DNA of 61,060 nt, counting the filler, from Circinaria calcarea (lineage: Eukaryota): the NCBI GenBank assembly GCA_051942165.1. It is 13 parts of 13 records of this genome, joined end to end, with 100 filler letters (N's around TTAATTAATTAA, not from the genome) between each part and the next. Parts side by side here need not be neighbours in the genome. Positions count along the whole stretch, not along the records: positions 32,977 to 37,581 come from JAVECS010002258.1; positions 37,682 to 42,286 come from JAVECS010002259.1; positions 42,387 to 46,985 come from JAVECS010002260.1; positions 47,086 to 51,684 come from JAVECS010002261.1; 9 more parts are not named here. One strand, 5' to 3'. The position numbers and the translations under genes were made by a program. Below, piece after piece: positions 36,751 through 49,502 of this stretch (its first letter is position 1; each line of letters starts with the position of its first letter). The notes under the pieces were generated by a model. That model did no database searches and was not told the origin of the DNA. It saw only the letters and a list, made by a program, of their open reading frames with translations.

Positions 36751-37963
36751 CCAATCGCCAGTGGCTATTTCAGTATAACAGCATTATAATATAATCTAAT
36801 AGCATTGCGACAGCAACCCCCCGTCCGTTTGATATTTGCCGATCATAACATTACGAACACGCGATATTCCGATTAGCAAACTCGTTATTAGTAACCCAGC
36901 GGCCAGGGACCAGAATTCTTACAGGCCAATACCACACTCCCTGGCAATAGTTGTGTGTGTGTGCCCTTAGGGTACCTACCATAACCCCCTGGAAACTGTG
37001 GGGGGGGGGTATGAAAACTGCATACTTTGAAACTTTTTGGGGGATGGAAATTACATATATTTGTTTTTAATAATGAGGATGGGAGAAAAATCCGTGTCAC
37101 TGGAGGGAGGGCGGGGTGGTGGAGAGTTTTCACAAAGCCCAAAGTAAAGTGTCAGAGCATCGGGGGCGAAAAGGGGTTAATTAGAAGCATGAGGCTGCCC
37201 GATCAGAAGCGTCGCTAGCTATGAAGTATCAGATGTGGTTGCCATGGCAAAAAACTCTATGGAAATTATCATGTGGTATCTGGTCGAAGCCCATTGTGTG
37301 CGGTTTGAGTAAGACCACGCCGGGCTATATGTATATAACAAGCTAGAACAAAAAGGGGGTATTGAGTAAATGTGTTGCCAGAGGAGCGTGTTACATGGAT
37401 CATAAAGTGCTCAGTCAGCAATACAAAGGCCGTCAATTACCTGTCCGCTAACATCATGCAACACCATCGCTATTTATTTCCGGTATCATCAGGGGGCCGC
37501 CAACGCCAATGCTCTCTTGCCCAATGCAGTTTTTGTACCGTCGTGTTTTTGTTAATCACAAGCATAGAACCCGTTGTCCCTNNNNNNNNNNNNNNNNNNN
37601 NNNNNNNNNNNNNNNNNNNNNNNNNTTAATTAATTAANNNNNNNNNNNNNNNNNNNNNNNNNNNNNNNNNNNNNNNNNNNNGGGAGGAGGGGTTTGAATG
37701 GGGCCAATAGCAAGCCTTGTGCAGGTTTTCCATCGCGCCAAAAACTTCGAGATACGCGCATTAAAAAGGGTTGGGATCGTACGGTTCCGATAGGTAGAAG
37801 CTTGGAAGTTTTGGTTGTGCGAAAATGGTAAAGGTCAAGGTAAAGGGAAATTGGGCGAAGGTCTTTGGAAAAAAGAGAAAGCTCGATGAGATATACTCAC
37901 TACCTACGTTTAAAATAGGAAATCATATTCGCTTCTAAAGTCTATGACAGTATTCACGCCGCA

Positions 37964-38878
37964 TTACGTCTGATCGCCCCAATCGCCCCAATCCCCCCAG
38001 CAGGAAGAGCAGAGCGGCGCTTCGCAGCCGCAGCCTCCGCACAAGTTACGGTACGGTGGCCAGTTTCCCCGAACCATTCGGTCCCGTGTTTCTTCGTCCA
38101 TTTCATCCTTCTCGTCCTCTTCTTCTTCCTCTTCGTCTTCATCTTCTTCCTCCTCTTCCTCGCTTTCTGTATCTCCGTTGTCGTACGTAGCACCCTCACC
38201 CCCAAGTGTCTTCAACACCACCCCCAGATTCTCAAAGAGGTAGCGTGAACGGCCATGTTCGATCAGATCACTCAACTCGTCGACGAACGATTCGCTAGAA
38301 GTCCGCATCCGCTCTTTCTCCTCCTCCGTCATACCCTTCACAATCTCCAGCATCGTGTCTTCGAGACACGAGTCGTATTGAAACCACTTGATCACCTCGG
38401 AACCTAGCGTGTCCCCATCGCCACAGCAAATACTCCCGCCAATCTTCCTCAATGTTTCCAGTGCGCTCCTTTTGGTCTCGAACGAGCTGTAGCGTGGACA
38501 CTGTGCTCGGATTTCCCCAATCGTCTCGGTGATGGCTCGGCAGACTTTTCCAGACAGCTCAAATTGTTTCGAGCCTTTGAGGCCATCTCCGGATGCTAGC
38601 TCGTTCAATACATCCTCGCTGTAGCGGTTGAAATTGATTACTTTGGCACTTTGGGCCTGGACGATCGTAGCTTGTTTTGCTTCGAGCTCAGTCGTAAGGG
38701 AAGGGAAATCGAGCGCTGCAGAGAGGAGGAGTTGGCGGACCGTCTTTTCGTCGAACCCCTGAATCAGTTTTTCAATCTTCTCGGGGGATGGCTTTGGGTC
38801 GAAGGGAATTGTAAGGACGACTGGGGCCGAGTCGCCATTCGTATTCGAGCGCTGGCGCTTCAATGTTGAAACAGACAT
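37964..38878 (-). CDS. Conserved-looking fungal hypothetical protein with acidic C-terminal tract
   Basis: MSVSTLKRQR..KVINFNRYS..GSKQFE..SFETKRSALETLRKIGGSI..LEDTMLEIV; the ORF extension upstream of 38878 runs through a repeat and is probably non-coding. Confidence 0.65.
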   Translation of the reverse strand: MSVSTLKRQRSNTNGDSAPVVLTIPFDPKPSPEKIEKLIQGFDEKTVRQLLLSAALDFPSLTTELEAKQATIVQAQSAKVINFNRYSEDVLNELASGDGLKGSKQFELSGKVCRAITETIGEIRAQCPRYSSFETKRSALETLRKIGGSICCGDGDTLGSEVIKWFQYDSCLEDTMLEIVKGMTEEEKERMRTSSESFVDELSDLIEHGRSRYLFENLGVVLKTLGGEGATYDNGDTESEEEEEEDEDEEEEEEDEKDEMDEETRDRMVRGNWPPYRNLCGGCGCEAPLCSSCWGDWGDWGDQT

Positions 38879-38979
38879 GATGGTGTGTAGGTGGTTCGCA
38901 AGGTTACCATCAGTGTAGAGATGGTTTACGCGTTCAACGCGTTCAACGTGTTGCGCTGGGTCGGCACAACGAATTCCCG

Positions 38980-39091
38980 TGTGGACAAGTTCCTTTTCCG
39001 TAAGGGAAAGGACGCTATTTTGTAGTATTAGACGAGGGGTTCCAGGCGGGGAAATAGAAACCATTCCACTCAAAATTTTTGGTAGTAGAAA
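38980..39091 (+). repeat. Dispersed ~113 bp element, copy B, containing a GTAA-loop hairpin
   Basis: Shares blocks with 33239-33353; TCCTTTTCC-GTAA-GGGAAAGGA stem. Confidence 0.8.
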
Positions 39092-39447
39092 ATCGAAGAA
39101 TAAGCCACTCTCCGAGTAGCTATAAATTACTGAATTCCTACAATAGCTCTCTGCGCAGTGACTATCACGCGTGTCAAAGCTACCAGGGTGTGGATGGTCC
39201 ATTTTACCACCATTTACACTCTTCAGGGTTGAGTTGGACGATATCTAACTCGTCGATCAATCAAGCCTGCTCTGCTCTTGTATCAAATTATCACGCGCAT
39301 TACTTCCGCTGTTTGCCAAAACCCCCTTTCAGTAGAATCAAGTCCTTAAGCAGCCCAGCGGTAGGGAAGCAAAGCATTCGATACTAGCAACTTGACTTGC
39401 GCAAGGGTCTGGAGTATGATGAGTTTTCCTTGTTGGGAGGAGTTTAC

Positions 39448-40272
39448 TTAACGAAGGTCGGGGTTGGGTGGCTGTTTGACGATTTTGGTGGGGAAGGCCG
39501 TACAGCCCGCTTTGACATCTAGTCATGGAGAAGGAATCAGTAAGTTCCTTAAACTGACAGCTTCGAAGAGATATATGGATGGTATTGGCACGGACAAGTA
39601 AAGGCGATGGCATAGGGTATACTCACTTCCAGCGTAAAGCGCATAGTTATTTGGGTTGACTGCCGCTTTTGCCGGGGGCAACCTCAAGCAATCGTTTGTA
39701 TCATATACCTCTCGTTTCAAACCTGATTTTCCCAGATACATGTGGACGAGCTCATGGATTAGATGGGTGTATCTTGACGTATCCAGCCCGGGACCCGAGA
39801 GCCTGGTATTTCTCCAATTGACCACGTTACAGTGGCCGTGGCTAGGCCATGGAATCAATTGAAAAAACACCGGACAGAGCAAAACAAAATGGGTGCCTAG
39901 CATATGGTACCCCACGAGAGTCTGGTCCTTATGGCAGCGGATCCAATCTCGACGGTAAGAGCGTGATATGCACACAATCACGGGCCGGTAATTCGTCGTC
40001 GAGCTGGTGATGTTTTGCCCCGCCGCTATTCGCGAGAAGAGGGCTTTAGTCTCGGCTACATCGACGCCGCCGAGGAATGCTTTGTATGGAGCACTAGTAC
40101 CATCTTCGGACTGGATGATTTTCTGAAGGAAGTTGTAGGTATCGTCCAAGCTACCTTTCACCACGCTTGCTTGGTTGCCGCAATCCATTATCGCGTAGTT
40201 GCCAGCCGCGACGATATCACTCGATGATGCTGCAGCGAAAAGAGAAAAGGTGAGCAATGAATAAAGATACAT
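39448..40272 (-). CDS. Secreted zincin metalloprotease-like protein (M35/aspzincin-like)
   Basis: Signal peptide MYLYSLLTFSLFAAASS, LCPVFF, HELVH (HExxH), NPNNYALYA; last exon NVKAGCTAFP..LR* after an intron. Confidence 0.75.
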
Positions 40273-41613
40273 GCTGAGGAAATAAAATGGTATAAGCAAT
40301 AGTTATATAGTTATTACAGTGATTACTGTCTAATGGTGGTTTTATGTAATGAGATCTGCCATGTATACCAAACACCCTTGGATATTGATCTAATCCAGCG
40401 CAAAGAACAAAAGTGGAAGAAATGACAGATGCCTGTGTCTATTACCACAAGTTATATTGATGATCGCAATCAACGTCGCCTGTTCTGAAGCAAAAGCTAA
40501 TGTCAAAGCCTGTTGCATCATGAAACTGAGAACATGTATCAGCGAGCATGTTATCTTTCCAGTTCCATTACGATAATCCCAGGGAAGTGAACTGGCAGTA
40601 GCCACCAGTCATAGAATAAATCCTCATCGTGATACGTTAAAAAATAATAACCCGGATGCGCATATGTGTAGCCAAGTGTTCAGACAGAAATAGCCATATG
40701 AGAAGACTTCTTCTGCATAGTCGGCTCCAGACACCCGAGTTCCCCTACCTTAGGTCGCACCAGATTCCCACGGCCCTGTGGACCTTTCCAATACCACCTG
40801 GTCGACACTGATTTGATGGCAGTTCACTTTGACATTCTGACGAGCATGGCGGAGTAGGTAGAAACGCCGAGGTGGTGCACTCTGAACCATAGGGGCCGGT
40901 TTGACAACAGCCGACATCAGCAATGACTCCGCCCGTTCCTCGAAGATCTCCAACAACAGTTTGTGCCTGATAGCGGGATTACTACTTGAATCGACGATGC
41001 AGGGAGGCCAAGAGATCCACGGGATGGATTGTTCTTACGTGAAGAACACGATACTAAATCCGCAAGGGTACTACGCTCCTAGAATTTGGAAACGAGCTGA
41101 ATGGTCAGGCGGCTGGGGATGAGGAAGAGGCCAACTACGACAATGTTGATGTAGTTACTATGAGAGATTCAAGGTAGTAGAGCCGGCTGAAGAGGAGGAC
41201 TCCTGTGACTCGCTATTCTGTTACCGGCGTCTCTGGTTCGAGGCAGCACCCTTTTGAAAAGAGTCTTGGCAGCCATTTCAGGTGCTTGGAACAATGTCGT
41301 TGACTATTGCTATCTCAATTACATGTTTCTGATGATTTTCCAAATGCCCCAACCATCCATGGACATTCTGCGTTTCCACTGTCCTATTACCATTTCCTGC
41401 ACTCATCACTGTCGTACTCGTTATCATACATGGCTTGCGCCAGTGAGCTCTTTTGGAAGCCATCATGCCAGCACGTGTAATCAAATAATACAAACGCTTG
41501 CGCTCAAATGCAGGATCAAAAGCAAAAGAGAAAAGGAATGGAGAAAAAGGGGGTCGGTCTCACAATGCATATATCCCCGCTTTCGAGGTTGGAATTCTGT
41601 CGTGGTTTTCTGC

Positions 41614-42286
41614 TCACACCGATACTGTTCTCCTCCTCGGATTCAGCGGTTTCTGCGCATAGCAAACAAGTAGCTTAAAGCCCGTTTCTCTCTTCTCGCA
41701 CTCTTTCAACAACGCTTTGTCATCCCATATGCTAGGTCCTGGGGCATCACCCTCGCCAGTGACACCCGCCTCGTAGCACCGACTCCACCACCACCTGCCA
41801 ACTTTGGCAACTACTTTGGTGATAGGCACTTCTCCGTGCATAGAGTTGTCACGAAGTATATCATCCAAGGACAAGTCTTTCTCATCCAATGAGCCAGCTC
41901 GGGAATCTGATATTGAACCAGCAACAGGGACTCCAACCATACAGCGGTTGAGATTTTCGAAACCCCTCCGACCAAGCATTTTCTGAATGTTGTCAGATGC
42001 TGGGCTCAAAGATATTTCAGGCTCCGCAGCTTGCATCCTGGTTTTGATGGACCTGACGGCTCGTCGCGCCCGGTTGCCCATGTTGACCATGTCCATGTCC
42101 AAGACACTCAATTCAATGTATCCTCCAGGACGCAGTACACGCTTGCACTCGGATATGGCATGGTAGAAAGTTGACTCCGAACTTGCAACAGGGAAGCGTA
42201 AGACGACCACGGTAAAGAACCCTTTTGGGAACGGGAAAGGGTGGGTGAAGCTGGCGTGATGGATCCGTCGATGATTGGAAAGTGAC
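41614..42286 (-). CDS. SAM-methyltransferase (type 11)-like domain protein, C-terminal part
   Basis: PFPFPKGFFTVVVLRFP, SECKRVLRPGGYIELSVLD, KVGRWWWSRCYE, YAQKP..RRTVSV*. Confidence 0.75.
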
Positions 42287-42386
42287 NNNNNNNNNNNNNN
42301 NNNNNNNNNNNNNNNNNNNNNNNNNNNNNNTTAATTAATTAANNNNNNNNNNNNNNNNNNNNNNNNNNNNNNNNNNNNNNNNNNNN

Positions 42387-43530
42387 CAATCCCACCTCCA
42401 CATCCCCTTTATCCACATCCACGCTCCCCACAAACCTCACCACTTGCCCCGCTTTCTCCGCATCCGCTTTCACCTTCTCCATCTCATCGTCAAAGTCCCC
42501 TAACCGAGATAAGAACTCCTCGCCACTGGAAACGTTCTCTAGTTCCTTGGGAATCAAGCTTTGCACTGGGAAAGCACTCGTGCTCTCTACTTTCAATCCG
42601 GCTAGCCGAGCTAAGATGACGAGTTTCCTGGCAACATCCATGCCGTTGAGATCGTCTCGGGGGTCCGGCTCCGTAAAACCCATCGACTTGGCTTTGTTCA
42701 CTTCTTCACTCCATTTCCCACCTTTGGAGCCGTCGGAAGGGGCGAAGCTATTGAACAGGAAAGACATGGTACCCGAGAACACTCCTTCGATACGATGCAC
42801 GACGTCGCCAGTCTCGACAAGGTCTTTGAGCGTAGATATCACTGGTAATCCCGCCCCAACAGAAGATTCATGGTATACCAGTCCACCGGTAGGTTTTGAT
42901 GGAGAGTATGCAGCCGAGGAGATGTCACTCCATAGAGCCCAGCTACCACTAAAGGCCTTCTTGTTCGGCGTCACCACGCTGATTCCCCGTTGCAAGAACG
43001 CCGGATATGAGTCGGCAACGGCTTGACTGCTGGTGTTGTCCACGAGCACGCATTTTCCAGGCGCATTATAGAGGTATTCAATTATCTCGGGTGATGAGAG
43101 GACGGGTTGGGAAGAGGTGGCCAGGTCGTATGGCCAGGTGTCGAAGGAGAGAGACTGCGCAAAGGAGGAGACGAAGAGACATTTGGTACTGCGGGAGACG
43201 AGACATAGAGACAGGTGGGGATAGCGGGTAGTGAGTTGAGCGAGTTGGGAGAGAAAGACGGAGCCGACACCGCCGGCACCTGGAGGGCAATTAGAATGCT
43301 GGTAAAAAATTGAAATAACAGTTATGATGCAGCCCTGGAAACTTGTGTGATGTATTCTTTCGAGGAACCCAAATCAAAGTAGAAAAGCAGCAGAACTGTC
43401 CAACACATAAATTTCCATCCCCTCAAAATCAACAGCTCGCAAAACTCAAACACCGATTCACAAGATACAGAAGTCAAAGAAACCCAGCCTTACCTATCAC
43501 CGCAATATATACCTTCTCCGACGAAGTCAT
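42387..43530 (-). CDS. HOM6: Homoserine dehydrogenase, 3'-truncated
   Basis: MTSSEKVYIAVIG|AGGVG, LVDNTS, VTPNKKAFS, HESSVGAGLPVI, GVFSGTMSF, GFTEPDPRDDLNGMDVARK. Confidence 0.95.
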
Positions 43531-44844
43531 CCTCCAATTCCTTACTCAAACACTTGCCACAAATTGCTTAGATGATCGAAATCCAAAACCAAGGCACGTG
43601 AGGGGAACTCAACCATAAAGGTACTCATCCCTCTCGGACCGGCACAACACTTTTCCGGTCACAGATTGAGGTGATCGCCGAACGTTGAAGCCATAAAATT
43701 CTTGGTTAACCGTTTTTTGGTGAGTTTGGGCTCAAGGAATCCCAAGGATAGTCTGATATCGGGGGGAGCCCATGCCCGAGTGACGGCATTGTGTATAGAG
43801 GGTCAAAGGGTAAATTCAGAGGTCACTACGGAATAGTATAGTCTTAGGCGGGCAATAATACGGTTCGGCACGAATTTCTATTTGAGGTTCCGTGAGGGAA
43901 TTTCTTATGTTGGTCATTTGGTATAGACATCAGGAAAAACTATGGCGATGGTGTTTGGGCATTAGGTTTGATGGGTTGCAGCATGGACAAATACTTAACT
44001 CCGATATTGTGTGTTCCGATCCGAGTAAAACCTATGATTATTCAGGGAAATCATGCAGCTGTCCTCATTCTCGGGATACAAACAAGTATGGAACAGCGGA
44101 GAGTGGAACTCCTAATAAACAACTATGAAATAAGGCCAAGCGAGGATGTAGACTGGAGGGAGCTGTTTGCTTACGACGAGGATGTCTGTTTGGGTTCTAT
44201 TCAGTGGTATAAGAAGCTAAACGTTGAATCTCTGCATCCCAAGAGCAGTGTGACTCCGTCGGGTAAAGCTAGAGTAAAGCCATGCTTATGCAATGGAGGC
44301 AAGCTCCTAGATGGTGGTGAATGACAGCGGAGCCCGCTGCCCCATCATATATCGGCAATGATGGGCGTGGAAGTGGATTCAGGACGTAACGGGTTTGAGA
44401 AGCCCTTAAGAATGGACACACACAGCACTCAAGCTAACAGCTTCAGCACATAGCTGTGTATATCATGACGCCATAGCAATCGAGACAGTAACACAGTACG
44501 GCCTTAACTCGGCTAAGAAGGTGTTTTCAATCGATCGAACAAGATAGAGATTCAATACCGCAGTTCAACACTGTGTAAGTCCTAGATGGAATCATTCACC
44601 CGAAAGCTAAGGTCATTCTGGGGTACTTAATGCCCAGCAACTCCAATGTCCTTAATTCATAACTTGATACTGCATACCCAGAACAAAAAGAATAGGAACT
44701 CAGACACTAAACAGGGAGCACAGAAGGAAACACGAGCCTGCACCACTCAAGGCGATACCCCAAAAGCTGTAACATCTCCACGTCATAAATGCTTGTGAGA
44801 CATGCTAATTGAGCAGCAGAAAGTCGTCGGAACTTTAGAACACA

Positions 44845-45552
44845 ATGTCGCAAATGGCCTTCCCGTTCGTAAAGCTACCACAGGAGATTCGGGATATGAT
44901 CTATCGGGCTCACCTTACCCTTCCCAACAAGATAGTGCCTGTCATCATACCAACTTGCTGCCTACCGGTGTTTAAGGAAAAGTTCCCAGTGTATGGTAGA
45001 TGGTATGAAGACTACCAGGATCGGAGCATGCTGGAGATTCCTCATCCTGCATTCCCCGAATCGAGACTTGCTCTGCTTCTAGTATGCCGAAAGTTCTATG
45101 CTGACTGCCATGGAATGTTTGACGCTTTGAACGTGTTCAATATCGCCAGAGAGAGCCTGCTCGCACCGTTCCTTCGAGGCATTGGACTATCGCGTCTTCA
45201 ATGTTTACGCGATATCGAGGTACACTGCTGTACAGGCCCAGGAAACTCTATCGAAATAGACGCTTTTCAACTCTTACGAGGAGCCAAGCGTCTTGAAAAG
45301 CTGACCATTTGTCTCCACCCGCTTAATCTTGTAGATGGGTTTGCAGATAAACTGCTCGAAACAATCAGTGTGGTCCGCAGATTTGATATTCTCGATGTCG
45401 TCCATGAAAAATGGAGCAACACGTTGAGAGTTTGGTTAGAGGGAAATCGGACACGAACGAAGATTTCGCAGAAAATCACCATCACTCTACCAGCGGATGG
45501 AAGCCACTCAACCCTGAGAGTAGAATTGAAGCTGCGTGCAACTCCTCTTTGA
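44845..45552 (+). CDS. F-box-like/2EXR-type N-terminal domain protein
   Basis: FPFVKLPQEIRDMIY..LALLLVCRKFY..FLRGIG..L. Confidence 0.7.
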   Translation: MSQMAFPFVKLPQEIRDMIYRAHLTLPNKIVPVIIPTCCLPVFKEKFPVYGRWYEDYQDRSMLEIPHPAFPESRLALLLVCRKFYADCHGMFDALNVFNIARESLLAPFLRGIGLSRLQCLRDIEVHCCTGPGNSIEIDAFQLLRGAKRLEKLTICLHPLNLVDGFADKLLETISVVRRFDILDVVHEKWSNTLRVWLEGNRTRTKISQKITITLPADGSHSTLRVELKLRATPL

Positions 45553-45813
45553 GGTGAGAAGCCTGATCGAAACATGGAGGAGAACAAAATGAACTGATAG
45601 CTACTTTAGCTACTTTGCTACAGGTTACACCTTGGAGTGATTGACAAGGCAAACCTACCTAAACGCATTGATTTGTTCCCGGTACACCGTCCCACACAAC
45701 ATAAACGGAGCTTGGCCAATCTCGCTTACTTGCATAGAATCTTATCATTTGATGGAGTTGAGAGGTTGAATACACCTCCTTATGTACGTTAGTCTATCAA
45801 GTCAATACAAGGT

Positions 45814-46278
45814 TTACATTCCATACCTAATCTCCTTCTGCTGATGCCAAACAACAACCTTCTTAATACTCTCCGGGAAAGAGACCACTCCCCTTGGTGC
45901 GTTCTTCATCCCATACTCCCCAACGATATCTTTCCGCAAGACAGGTCGCTCCAACTCATAAACGGACAGAATTCTGTAAGCGTAATCAAACCCTTCCCAA
46001 TCCTTATGCCGCGCATTGGACTCCGCGTTCCCGATGCCATCTTTAACCAGGGGAGAATCACCCGCATGATGTGTCTGAGCGGGTAACATTTTGCAAATGC
46101 AATTACAGATATATCTGATGCAAGAGGATAGTACTGTGAGATAGAGTCAAAGGCGCTGGACGGTGAGCCGGACTAAGTACTTGCGGAACTCGTAGGTCTT
46201 CTCTCCTGTGATAATTCGAGCCATGTATGGGTTTTCGCGCATTGGTAAAAATCGCGTCAGAATATCTAGACATGACAT
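45814..46278 (-). pseudogene. ASCH/PUA-like domain gene with in-frame TGA at 46147-46149
   Basis: PYMARIITGEKTYEFRKY..VQRL*LY..YIC..DGIGN..HKDWEGFDYAYRILSVYEL..YGMKNAPRG in a single frame. Confidence 0.65.
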
Positions 46279-46603
46279 CTTATCATGGTAGAGAAGCCTT
46301 GCTTGCCATTCAAGAGAGATGTATGAAAAGACGGCGTAAGATTGTCCATGTGAGGGGACCATAGCCTTCTGGTAGATAGTAAGCTGTAAGATTCGATTCT
46401 TTTGGTGAGATACGCTCTATCAGTTGAGAATATATTCAAGCAAGAGATGCTCCTTCCCAGAAATATCGGGATGGTACCTAGGGAAAACCCAATTGATATT
46501 TTTGAACCATTTTTACAGCTCGACTAAAGGCGAAATGTATACAGGCAAGGGCTATCTAATTTCAAAGGCTACTTACATTCGATACCGACCAACAATGGGC
46601 AAT

Positions 46604-46985
46604 TCATTGTTTACTCGAGATTCTAGTCGTTTCACCCTTGATTGGCGCTTCAGCCATTTCGTCGATAACCCTATCTTCGTCTTTGGCATTTATATCCTTC
46701 TCTCCTTCTTTAACCATCTCAACGTCACCTCTACTTGGCCCCAAATCCCGTCTTCTTATGTTCCATCCTCCCTTCCATCCTATCCATCTTGTCTCCCATG
46801 GTCCTCTCAGAAAGCAAACAACCAATGCTGCACCAAGGAATCCGACGCTTGCACTCCCACTACGAATCCATCCACCTTGTGCATATAAGTGATTGCCAGC
46901 GGCGGTACCCATTAGCTGTCCGCAGAAGACACTAACCATGAACGCGGTATTTACTCTATTCCGCGCTTTGGGTGCTATCGCGTAT
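46604..46985 (-). CDS. MFS transporter C-terminus, 5'-truncated
   Basis: APKARNRVNTAFMVSVFCGQLMGTAAG..GGW..TM helix..RGPWE. Confidence 0.8.
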
Positions 46986-47780
46986 NNNNNNNNNNNNNNN
47001 NNNNNNNNNNNNNNNNNNNNNNNNNNNNNTTAATTAATTAANNNNNNNNNNNNNNNNNNNNNNNNNNNNNNNNNNNNNNNNNNNNGGGGAAGAGGGAGAG
47101 GTGGGAGATGAGACGGAAGAGGGAGTGACAGGAGATTATATGGGATCCCCCCTATGACGAGCATATGGATCCGATGGTGTTTCAAAGCATAGCAATGGCG
47201 TTTTGCATTGTGGTGGCTTGCGTCGGCAATCGGACAGGTCGAGCGAGGGACGGAGGATATCCACCCGACGGGGTCATGGTGTTTATATTCCTACCCATAT
47301 TAGCAGATCGGGAGCACATTTTCCCGTCTGCTTTCAGCTCCGCCATGCATGCCGCTTTTGAGCGCGGTCTTTTTTTCCTTACCAAGAATTCATGGAGATT
47401 AAACCAGTTACCTTAGCTTACCTGACCTCATAACCTATAGTAGGTATGCCTTGAGTTCCAATTCCCAATCCCCGTTTTTATTATTTTCGTTTCTGTTTCG
47501 TGCAAGAAGCGTGCTGGTATACATGGTTTCTATTCAAATTTTAGAGTAGCCGGCTTCGTTGGAGAATGGCAATGGGATTGGAAAAGGTATATAAGGAGCA
47601 CTGTTGCTTTTAAAAAGTTACTTAGCGGTAGAGGGAGGGTTTTTCGGTAAAGGAGCTAGGCATTGATTTGTTGATTTATGAGCTATGCTCCGAATTTCTT
47701 TAGGCTTCCCCCAAGCACTAAATCCCTACCTCTCCACATCCATCACCCTTCTGCGCTGCCCTCCCTTCCCAACCCCTCCT

Positions 47781-49331
47781 TCACTTCCTCTCCTCATCCC
47801 TCTCCTTCCCAAACCTCCTGTCGAAAAACTTCAATACCCCCATCACACTTGCCGCCTCGATCTCGAAAGCCGTCCTTCCCTCCAAACCCTTTGGTACCGT
47901 CGCGAGCTGCGGAAGCCAAGTACCTAACTCATCGCTTGCCCGATCGAATGCTGGATGTCTTGACAGCGCGGTAAAGGCATCTGCGCATGAGAGAGTGGGA
48001 CCGGTAATGACGTGGGTGTTTGAGCAATCTAAAGGGGGAGTGGCTAAGGGGTTGTTTGACGAGGCATTACGACAGCAATTGGAGGCATTGCTGCAGGGTT
48101 GCTTGATGGTGGGTTCCGATGATTTGGTAGCATTGGGTGGATCGGAAGTGATCGAGCGAGTGGCGGCAAGGGATTTGCAGAAGAGAGTGCTTGTCGATGA
48201 TGTTTGACATTGATTGCAAGTACCTGGACCATTTTGACAAGAATCCCCTCCTGAGGTCGAAGATCGAGAGAATGAAAAGTTTGGAAGGGAGGCTGGTGTG
48301 ACGAACTTGCTTATGCTCCTGTTGGAAGGTTGTGACAGAAGCTGGGCGGCACGTCGGTTGCCTTCTATAATGCCTGAAGTGTCGGCAGCTAGCTCGGCAC
48401 AGAGGCACGTAGATCCTTCGGTGCAAAACCCACATGAGTCGATCATTGCATTTGTGGGTACAGGTGCTGGAATGGAAGGTGAAGAGCTAAAAGTTGTCAG
48501 TGGTGGTGGAAGTCTCTTGGTGGTGAAGTCGATTTCGTTGTCGTCTAATTGAGGTGTAATGTCGAGGCTTTCCTCATGACGAGGACGCTTACTTTCCATT
48601 AAGGCGGTTGGAGAATGAGGGCGTTTGTGTATTGGAGCTAAATTCGCCTTTAGATTACTGATATCGATGGCCTGCTCGATACATTCGCAGCGGGTATCGA
48701 TACTACAAGCCCCGCAGCCGATAAGAGTCTCGGAGCCTGAATCCTCAATGGTGACTCTGTTTTGACCGCTGTGTAGTCTAACATCAGACTTCTCACGAGA
48801 TATATTTCTCGAGGGTAAAGGCACAGCATCAGCGGAGCCCGGCGAATATTCCCTGGAATCAAGATACTCCCTCTGAATATTCTTTCTGATCTGCCTTTCT
48901 TCGAGGAGCTCCTGCTCCATGGCCTTCATCCTTTCACCATATGCAATCAGCAGCTGATTATATTTCTCTACATCCGTCTCCAATCTTTTGATTTGACATC
49001 TTAATTCTTCCTGCTCCTTTTCATCCTCCTGCTCCATTATCCTCATCTGCTCTTCCAACTCTCCCACCTTCGACGCCCTCCTTTCCCTGAACGCGCGTTG
49101 TGCCGCCCTGTTCTGAGCTTTTCGTTTGGTAGGCGGGGTATCCGTTGCAGGCTTCCTACCAGGCTTCGGACGAGGTGGAACGATCCATTCTTTATTTGTA
49201 AGGGAGGTATGTGCCTGGATTGGAGCCAACGGCACCTTCATTGGGCCGTTGGTTGACGAAGGTGCCAGTGGGGCTAGGGCACGAGGAGGACCGTCAGCGG
49301 CGGGAGACAAAGCCTTTGAGGCGGCAGACAT
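47781..49331 (-). CDS. hapX: Iron-responsive bZIP transcription factor HapX
   Basis: Hap4-like KEWIVPPRPKPGRK, bZIP KRKAQNRAAQRAFRER, Cys-rich regions CGACSIDTRCEC, CGFCTEGSTCLC, CQNGPGTCNQC, CSNASNCC, C-terminal EIEAASVMGVLKFFDRRF. Confidence 0.95.
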   Translation of the reverse strand: MSAASKALSPAADGPPRALAPLAPSSTNGPMKVPLAPIQAHTSLTNKEWIVPPRPKPGRKPATDTPPTKRKAQNRAAQRAFRERRASKVGELEEQMRIMEQEDEKEQEELRCQIKRLETDVEKYNQLLIAYGERMKAMEQELLEERQIRKNIQREYLDSREYSPGSADAVPLPSRNISREKSDVRLHSGQNRVTIEDSGSETLIGCGACSIDTRCECIEQAIDISNLKANLAPIHKRPHSPTALMESKRPRHEESLDITPQLDDNEIDFTTKRLPPPLTTFSSSPSIPAPVPTNAMIDSCGFCTEGSTCLCAELAADTSGIIEGNRRAAQLLSQPSNRSISKFVTPASLPNFSFSRSSTSGGDSCQNGPGTCNQCQTSSTSTLFCKSLAATRSITSDPPNATKSSEPTIKQPCSNASNCCRNASSNNPLATPPLDCSNTHVITGPTLSCADAFTALSRHPAFDRASDELGTWLPQLATVPKGLEGRTAFEIEAASVMGVLKFFDRRFGKERDEERK

Positions 49332-49502
49332 GTTGCTTATTTGGAAGTAGACCTGTATTTACAGCTTGTCATCCACAGCCAGAATAATCATAGTCTCCAG
49401 TCGTAATTGCCCTTGGACCTTGTCGTAAGAAGATAGAGGACAAAGAAAATGTGTGGATGATGATTCGAGGCTGGAATCAATAGTCCGATCTCGCTCAAAT
49501 GA

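Noticed and set aside
38879..39202. N-terminal 108 aa of the 412-aa ORF, and the FLLPKILSG..GTPRL peptide shared with ORF 33128-33391
   Set aside because: The similarity is DNA-level and comes from the dispersed element. The likely real start is 38878.
43892..44324. Short ORFs upstream of HOM6
   Set aside because: No recognisable family or coherent exon structure.
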